64,000 nt of DNA from a virus (Duplodnaviria; Caudoviricetes), in the IMG/VR virus record IMGVR_UViG_3300037067_017823, positions 1-64,000 of that record; one strand, written 5' to 3'. Below are positions 58,134-64,000 of the stretch, piece by piece. Positions within the stretch are counted from its first letter, which is position 1. Every line of letters starts with the position of its first letter. The notes beneath the pieces are model-generated. The model was not told where the DNA came from. It was given only the letters and a program-made list of their open reading frames with translations, and did not search any database. A program made the translations under genes and the position numbers.

Positions 58134-61127
58134 CTATGTTCTCCCAATTCCAGAACTTAGACCAGTAAAGCAGGTTGTTTCCTTTGCGATTTGTCCAAGC
58201 ACTTTTGATCTTTCAAGTAGATGCGACTCAATAACTTTTTCTTCACCAATGAAGTAAAGTCTTGCTGGAATAAGTTTTTCAATTATGTTAAAGTAAAACT
58301 TGTCTATCCACGACAAATTTTTAAAATAATTTAGGAACGATATGCTCTTACTAAGTCTTGTTGCATACAATTCTTTCATATATCTTTCGAGATCATACGA
58401 ACTTTTATTTTTCATTATAGGAATACCAATTAAGTTACTAAACTTATTCATATCAGAAAACATTTTAATAATATCTTCGTTTAGAGAGTCGACAGCATTA
58501 AATTCGACACTAAAAATACTGATTCTGTCTTTGTCTATGTAATCTTGTGGAGCTGAAATATATTGTACTTTATTCGTGTTCCATTTTAAAGAAATATCTG
58601 GGCATAAATAGTTGTATGGTAACAGCTCATATGCAAAGTTTGATTCACTTGATGTCAAAAATAAAGATCCCGTAGCATCAAGTTGTTCTTTATAGTAAGA
58701 GTAATTTGTGACGGGTAAAATTGTACCAGCTGTATCGCTGACAATACCGTCATCGAAAATCCAGTGGCCAACGAGTTTTACATATCTGCTTTCTGGATCA
58801 GCTATACCAATAGAAGAAAAATTCATACAATGTTCGTTTAATTCAGATGAAGATATAAATGTGTTCCATAACCTCGTTTCAGTTTGTCTTGTTTCTGTGT
58901 CTACATTCTGATATATATGATTTCCAGTGAATGCTCCAAATATTAGTTTTTGTCCTAGAGCATTTGATTCTGTGATAAATGAACAGTATCCTGAATATAT
59001 ATTTTCTATGTAATCACTTTCTAGCTTCTTTATATCGAGATAGTGAGACGTTGACATTATTGAAGTTGGACCAACAATAATTGGAACACCATCAGTGTCT
59101 CGTCGATATGAAATGTTATAATAGTTTCCATCAAATATTGGAACGTTAACTGCACTTAATCTCGTTGTTACTTCTTCATAGTTTCCACTCGTAATCAAAT
59201 AGACATTACCATAAGAAGATGTTGCTTCTCTAGTATAAAAGAGACCAATTTCTCCAGATCCAGTGATTGGATCGTTACTATGATTTATTCCCCAAATAGA
59301 ACCCGTCGTCACATAAGGTTGACTTGTTACTATGGTTTCATAAAATGTGCCTGATTCATAAGAAGTATATGGTTTGAAACTACAAAGAGTTTCTATAGTT
59401 ATCGAGCCGGTTAAAGAATAAGGGAGTTGCGAGGAAGATACGAGCACATAAGATCCAGTGTTTGTTTGTGACATAAAATCAAGAACTTTTTGGTACTTAT
59501 ACTTGTTAACATACGACTGAGAAATCGGATAAGAATACTGTGAACTATAATCTTTAATTGAGATTACGTTTTCATCAATTCCAAGACAGTGGAAGAAACT
59601 CTTTATTGATTCTTTAGTCCCTTTTGTTTTGTATATGTAAATGATGTTTGCTAATAGGTTTCTCCAAAATAATTCATTAACTTCTTTTATCGCTAAAATG
59701 TTTGTTTCGTTTATGTTATAGTTTTTTGAAAACGAATCGATAGTTGCTAATGGGAAACTGTCAAAACTTGAAAAACCGAATAGCTCAATTGCTTCTTTTA
59801 ACAAGTTATATGGAATAACGTTATAATCATCATAGCTTCTTTTCCAGAAACTCTTTAGTCCATTAATATGTATTTTCATCTCATCAAGCTGACGAGCAAA
59901 TACATAAAGCATATTTATTAAATTGTATGTCCCGTTTATCGTTTCTTCTTCTATGTAACTATAGGGAACGAGATCTGTTATTATGTTCCGATTGCTTTTA
60001 TCATATTCAGATGCTGTATTCCAAATAGTCTGAATAAAGTATGTAACATCACTGTGATCTTCAAAAATCATCGGATCGTAATAGTCGTCAGTTATGATGT
60101 TTGAACCTGTTGAATCTAAGAGAACCCCTGGTTGTTTACTTGACGAAAAATAATTTATTATCTGACAATCTATAGGTCTCTTAGAATAATCGAGCACTTT
60201 ATCATAAAAAGCTCCATTACTCATTGTGTAGTGAGGTTCATTAAATTTCAAATAGAATATAAGCTCAGGTTCAGAACGTAAGTGCCTATCATAATATTCG
60301 TATATCTGTTCAGAATTTCTATAAGAGTTCCAAACTCTTAATTCGTCAACAGATCCAGTCAAATAATAATTTTTAGGTGGACCCGGTGGTGGTTGACTAG
60401 ATGAACAACCTATATACACAGAGCCAGTTTCAAGAACTAGTGAGTCGAACGATAAAGCGCTTTGTGAATTAACAAAAACTCCATCTAAGTAAATGTCAGT
60501 TTGAGCACTTGACGAAGACCAACAGAAGGCGAAGTGATGACCAGCTCCACAATAAGAATTTGAAAACTCACACGAAGCAGAAAATATAGTAGCGCCTGAC
60601 TGAACTCTAAAAACCATTTCGTTAGATGATGAAAGAAAAACTTCATAGTATTTATCAGCTTCTCCTCTTTGTATTATGTATTGATTTGCGTTAGAACCGG
60701 TGTTCGCTGAAGCTGAAAGTGAGCAACAAAACTCAATTGACAAAGCTCTATCTGACGATGTGAGAGACATTTTGTTTTCATAATCTTTTCCTTCTATATA
60801 AGTGTTTGCATCACTACCAGTGTTCTGAAAGTATCCTCTATAAGAAGGAAATTGTTGTAAACAATATTTCTCATATGGAGACAGATCGTCATACCATTCG
60901 TGATATTTTTCCCAAGAAAATGTTCTATCATAAAAGTTGTATAACTTATACAAAAAGATAGAGTATTTATTATATGCAGAATTGAAAAAGACGTGATTAG
61001 AAAAGTCAGAATAATCTATTTTCTCACCTGGATCAGAATCTCTTAGATAACTACTAACAATTGCTGAAGCTTCATATGAAGATGAAAGATCAGAAAGAGT
61101 CTTTGGAAACTGAAATGATCTTGCCAT
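58134..61127 (-). CDS. Baseplate wedge/tail protein with a LamG domain (gp7/P2 gpI-like segment)
   Basis: GSVDELRVWN LamG; RNLLANIIYIYKTKGTKESIKSFFHCLGI. Confidence 0.75.
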   Translation of the reverse strand: MARSFQFPKTLSDLSSSYEASAIVSSYLRDSDPGEKIDYSDFSNHVFFNSAYNKYSIFLYKLYNFYDRTFSWEKYHEWYDDLSPYEKYCLQQFPSYRGYFQNTGSDANTYIEGKDYENKMSLTSSDRALSIEFCCSLSASANTGSNANQYIIQRGEADKYYEVFLSSSNEMVFRVQSGATIFSASCEFSNSYCGAGHHFAFCWSSSSAQTDIYLDGVFVNSQSALSFDSLVLETGSVYIGCSSSQPPPGPPKNYYLTGSVDELRVWNSYRNSEQIYEYYDRHLRSEPELIFYLKFNEPHYTMSNGAFYDKVLDYSKRPIDCQIINYFSSSKQPGVLLDSTGSNIITDDYYDPMIFEDHSDVTYFIQTIWNTASEYDKSNRNIITDLVPYSYIEEETINGTYNLINMLYVFARQLDEMKIHINGLKSFWKRSYDDYNVIPYNLLKEAIELFGFSSFDSFPLATIDSFSKNYNINETNILAIKEVNELFWRNLLANIIYIYKTKGTKESIKSFFHCLGIDENVISIKDYSSQYSYPISQSYVNKYKYQKVLDFMSQTNTGSYVLVSSSQLPYSLTGSITIETLCSFKPYTSYESGTFYETIVTSQPYVTTGSIWGINHSNDPITGSGEIGLFYTREATSSYGNVYLITSGNYEEVTTRLSAVNVPIFDGNYYNISYRRDTDGVPIIVGPTSIMSTSHYLDIKKLESDYIENIYSGYCSFITESNALGQKLIFGAFTGNHIYQNVDTETRQTETRLWNTFISSSELNEHCMNFSSIGIADPESRYVKLVGHWIFDDGIVSDTAGTILPVTNYSYYKEQLDATGSLFLTSSESNFAYELLPYNYLCPDISLKWNTNKVQYISAPQDYIDKDRISIFSVEFNAVDSLNEDIIKMFSDMNKFSNLIGIPIMKNKSSYDLERYMKELYATRLSKSISFLNYFKNLSWIDKFYFNIIEKLIPARLYFIGEEKVIESHLLERSKVLGQIAKETTCFTGLSSGIGRT

Positions 61128-61130
61128 TTT

Positions 61131-62486
61131 TTATTGTATAACCTTGAACTTCCAAGAATCTCTTAATGTTTCATATGTGTTGTTTCTTCTAACCTTCAAA
61201 GTTATTTCATAAAAACAATCTTCGACAAAGTTACTAAACGGTATATTAAAATACATTCCTTCATTATCATAACTGCACTTTGTATATTCTGATGCTGTAA
61301 TATGTGTATATTGGTTTACATAATCTACAATTTCATAGCGCACATCATCATATATTAAAGTTGGTAAATTTGTAACATTATTGTAGTATTGATTTAAGTT
61401 CCATCTTTTATTTCTTATGAAGAAGTTTAAGCGAGCATTATCACTTCTCTTATATTGCTCTTCTAAGTTTTCAAAATATGCAAAAATTTGTGGAGCTTTA
61501 AAGTTTTGAGCAGGAATAGAACTTGTAACGTTTATTGTTCCAGTCATAAATTGATCAGAACCAGAACTCCAAACATCGTATAAGACAGAACCTGTATATG
61601 ATGTTGGAATATAAATATCTGTCACATATATACCAGTAGAAACATATGAGGATGTAAATGATGAAGAAAACGACATAGAACTAGACACAACCGAGTTATA
61701 CACATCAACATTAATTGAAGACGAACCAGCTGTTAAGTCTTCAAACTGACCATCTACTATATTATACAAATAAATAGAACTAGAATGTCCAAGAACAACA
61801 GAACCTCTTTTGTCTCTTGTGAAATCGTTTACTTTTATTTCAATAAACGGCAAATATACTTTTTCATCAGTGTGTCTTGAATAAAACAACTTATTGTAAT
61901 AATCTGTATCGTTTGTTTCTTCAGTATCAGATAGTTTTAAGAGAACACCAAAGTTTCCGCTAGCTAACCAGTAGTTGAACGTATCTGTAATATCAACATC
62001 TATATTTTCAGTTCCACGATCGAAGTGAACAGAAGAATATATCGAATTAATATAATCAGAGCCTGTTGATGACCAAGAATTTACTGATGTTGCACTAAGC
62101 CAAGAACAAAACCCCGCGTCTTTGAAATAATCAGAATCTATTCCGGTACCTTCATCCCAACTTTTAGAAACTGGATAAATATATATGTCAAATGAAGTTG
62201 GAACGGTTTCTTGATGAGGACAATTAAACATTTTAAGTGAACAATTAATTGACGACGATGCAAGATTATAGTAGTTCATCGTCTCATGATATTGACTGAG
62301 ATCGAAATATAGTAATGATCTTCCGAAACTATCACTTAATAACGAAGCACTTGTATGGTCTTTTCTAGCATAAACTTGAAGATATGGTGATGCTCCTAGG
62401 TTTGCATCTTCTGAGCGAGATCTGAAATTGTTTGCATAATCGCTTACGATTGTAGAATCTTTACTTGGATATGTTTTGATTATCAT
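61131..62486 (-). CDS. Baseplate-region structural protein
   Basis: YPSKDSTI...NLGASPYL...RSLLYFD...SWDEGTG...NFGVLLK (DNRLRE-like pattern). Confidence 0.65.
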   Translation of the reverse strand: MIIKTYPSKDSTIVSDYANNFRSRSEDANLGASPYLQVYARKDHTSASLLSDSFGRSLLYFDLSQYHETMNYYNLASSSINCSLKMFNCPHQETVPTSFDIYIYPVSKSWDEGTGIDSDYFKDAGFCSWLSATSVNSWSSTGSDYINSIYSSVHFDRGTENIDVDITDTFNYWLASGNFGVLLKLSDTEETNDTDYYNKLFYSRHTDEKVYLPFIEIKVNDFTRDKRGSVVLGHSSSIYLYNIVDGQFEDLTAGSSSINVDVYNSVVSSSMSFSSSFTSSYVSTGIYVTDIYIPTSYTGSVLYDVWSSGSDQFMTGTINVTSSIPAQNFKAPQIFAYFENLEEQYKRSDNARLNFFIRNKRWNLNQYYNNVTNLPTLIYDDVRYEIVDYVNQYTHITASEYTKCSYDNEGMYFNIPFSNFVEDCFYEITLKVRRNNTYETLRDSWKFKVIQ

Positions 62487-64000
62487 ATAACCATACCTTT
62501 GACGTCAGTTGCAAAGTTGTCAACCTCGAAAATAGAATCGTCATTTGGTACATAAAAAATTCCATTTTGCTCACTTATTGAAGAGTTCGTAAATGAAAAA
62601 TTCAAAGAAGAAACTGAGTAAACACCATTTATATTTTGCAGAACTCTAATGACGTCAGACTTAATTATTGGCTGATTTATTGACATCTTGTCTTTATTAA
62701 AGTATGCTATCAGAGCATTTGTGCACAAAGCAAGAACAGTGTTTCTGTTTGCATTCTCATTGCATATAATAACATATTCTATTGTAAAATTAACAACATT
62801 TGCTGGTCTTATAAAAATATTATCGGTTAGTAGCGCATATTTTTGTAGATATGTTTTGGCGTTTTTTATTAGAGTGTCTGTTGGATCGCAATAATTTCCA
62901 TTTTCATCATAGCACAAAACAACAACTTCGATCGTATTTGAAGCCAAGCAGTCTTTTTTAACATTCACTTTACAGAATGAACCGAAAATGGTTGGCATAC
63001 TAAGAAGTCGAATTTGATAATCCTCTCTCGTAACACATCTTGATTGAGAAGCAAAAAATGCTTTTACTCTCTGTTTTGTTTCAAATGTTGTTTCTTCATC
63101 TCTACCACCAACAGAAGGCTGTAAGTTAGTTGTAGCTAGAGAGTTTATAACTTGATTTTGTATTGCAGAAGATAATCCTGTATGTTTCCATTCATATAAA
63201 GCTTTATCTATCTTCGAAATATCTCCCGATTTAACAACAGAGTTTGATCCACCGCCAGCTCTATAATAAACATCGAGAACAACTCCATAAGGAGATAAAC
63301 CAAGCGTTTTGGTGTTCAAGAAATTTTGTGGATCAATTGAAAAATCTGAAAAATATTCTTTACCATATAGAGGAATAGAAACTTCAGAGATATTTGGTAT
63401 TAAAACATTATCATCAGTATCTTCTCTTCCAGAACCAAAAACCATATTGATATAGTTTGTATTATAATCGAATTCAGTGATAAATCTTCTTGGAACTTTC
63501 TTTAGCTTCATTACATATGGAACGAGAGTGTTGTCGTAGTTTGTATTCACAGAAGATTCGAAAACAGTATCTTGTGTTAAGTAGTCAACTTCATACCAAC
63601 GATTTCCGTTGTTGTCTATAACATCAAATATATCAACTGATTCAGTATCATCTATAACAAGTTTTCTATAGCGCACAAAGTCAGTTAAAGAAAATGATTT
63701 CAGCTTTGTTTGAGCAGACATTGCAAGAGAAGTTCCTTTTAGAGAAAACCATTCAACTCGTGATGTAGAACTGTTTATTTGAGATGGAGCATACATATCT
63801 GAACCAGTAGAATGTGAAAAATCTATATTATAAAGCGACTCATAAAATACTCCGTTTTGAGCTAAGAAACTTGATCCTCTTTTGAAAATAAAAGCATAAC
63901 GATAATCAGGAAGAGCAATACCAGTATCATATGTTGCTGGAACTTGTACGTAAACAGACTGCTCAACAAGAGAACAAGCTCTCTTCTTCGGTTTATAGCC
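62483..64000 (-). CDS. gp6: Baseplate wedge subunit, T4 gp6-like (5' end outside window)
   Basis: Frame stays open from 63797 to 64000 (GYKPKKRA...); VYYRAGGG, AVGGRD-like SVGGRDEE, QSRCVTREDY. Confidence 0.85.
   Translation of the reverse strand, partial: GYKPKKRACSLVEQSVYVQVPATYDTGIALPDYRYAFIFKRGSSFLAQNGVFYESLYNIDFSHSTGSDMYAPSQINSSTSRVEWFSLKGTSLAMSAQTKLKSFSLTDFVRYRKLVIDDTESVDIFDVIDNNGNRWYEVDYLTQDTVFESSVNTNYDNTLVPYVMKLKKVPRRFITEFDYNTNYINMVFGSGREDTDDNVLIPNISEVSIPLYGKEYFSDFSIDPQNFLNTKTLGLSPYGVVLDVYYRAGGGSNSVVKSGDISKIDKALYEWKHTGLSSAIQNQVINSLATTNLQPSVGGRDEETTFETKQRVKAFFASQSRCVTREDYQIRLLSMPTIFGSFCKVNVKKDCLASNTIEVVVLCYDENGNYCDPTDTLIKNAKTYLQKYALLTDNIFIRPANVVNFTIEYVIICNENANRNTVLALCTNALIAYFNKDKMSINQPIIKSDVIRVLQNINGVYSVSSLNFSFTNSSISEQNGIFYVPNDDSIFEVDNFATDVKGMVI

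Noticed and set aside
101-62894. All plus-strand ORFs in the track, including the long ones at 12797-13543 and 52762-53499
   Set aside because: They lie antisense to convincing minus-strand genes. The long Ser-rich or Val-rich ones are mirror images of acidic or S/T low-complexity coding regions.
1-64000. tRNA, rRNA, integrase or transposase genes
   Set aside because: Intergenic gaps are short and I recognised no such structures or motifs. TnsA-like domains here belong to free-standing endonucleases, with no TnsB/C or terminal repeats.

Overview
The whole 64 kb window is one co-oriented (all minus-strand), AT-rich segment of a large, uncultured-type tailed phage with T4-like head genes. Reading in the direction of transcription (64000 to 1), it contains: (1) a baseplate/tail module with a partial gp6-like wedge, LamG and FN3 proteins and Ser/Thr-rich virion proteins; (2) a RuvC-like resolvase, a primase and a fused SbcD-SbcC (gp47/gp46-like) nuclease-ATPase; (3) terminase large subunit with a LAGLIDADG intein, portal, prohead protease, scaffold and major capsid protein; (4) about 25 small, unrelated genes among the head genes, most sharing an N-terminal 'L(S/R)(E/K)(L/E)(K/I)(K/R)xI(K/R)E' leader, probably protease-cleaved cargo packaged inside the head; (5) eight apparently intact free-standing homing-endonuclease-like genes plus one remnant; (6) an accessory block with a QueC-like PP-loop ATPase, an amino-methyltransferase and a 958-aa Zn-finger repeat protein that carries an internal bacterial ubiquitin-like domain ending in GG and an isolated intein N-terminal motif. 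I saw no tRNA, rRNA or CRISPR array. Plus-strand ORFs in the track are antisense shadows. All family calls come from motif recognition by eye; no database search was run.
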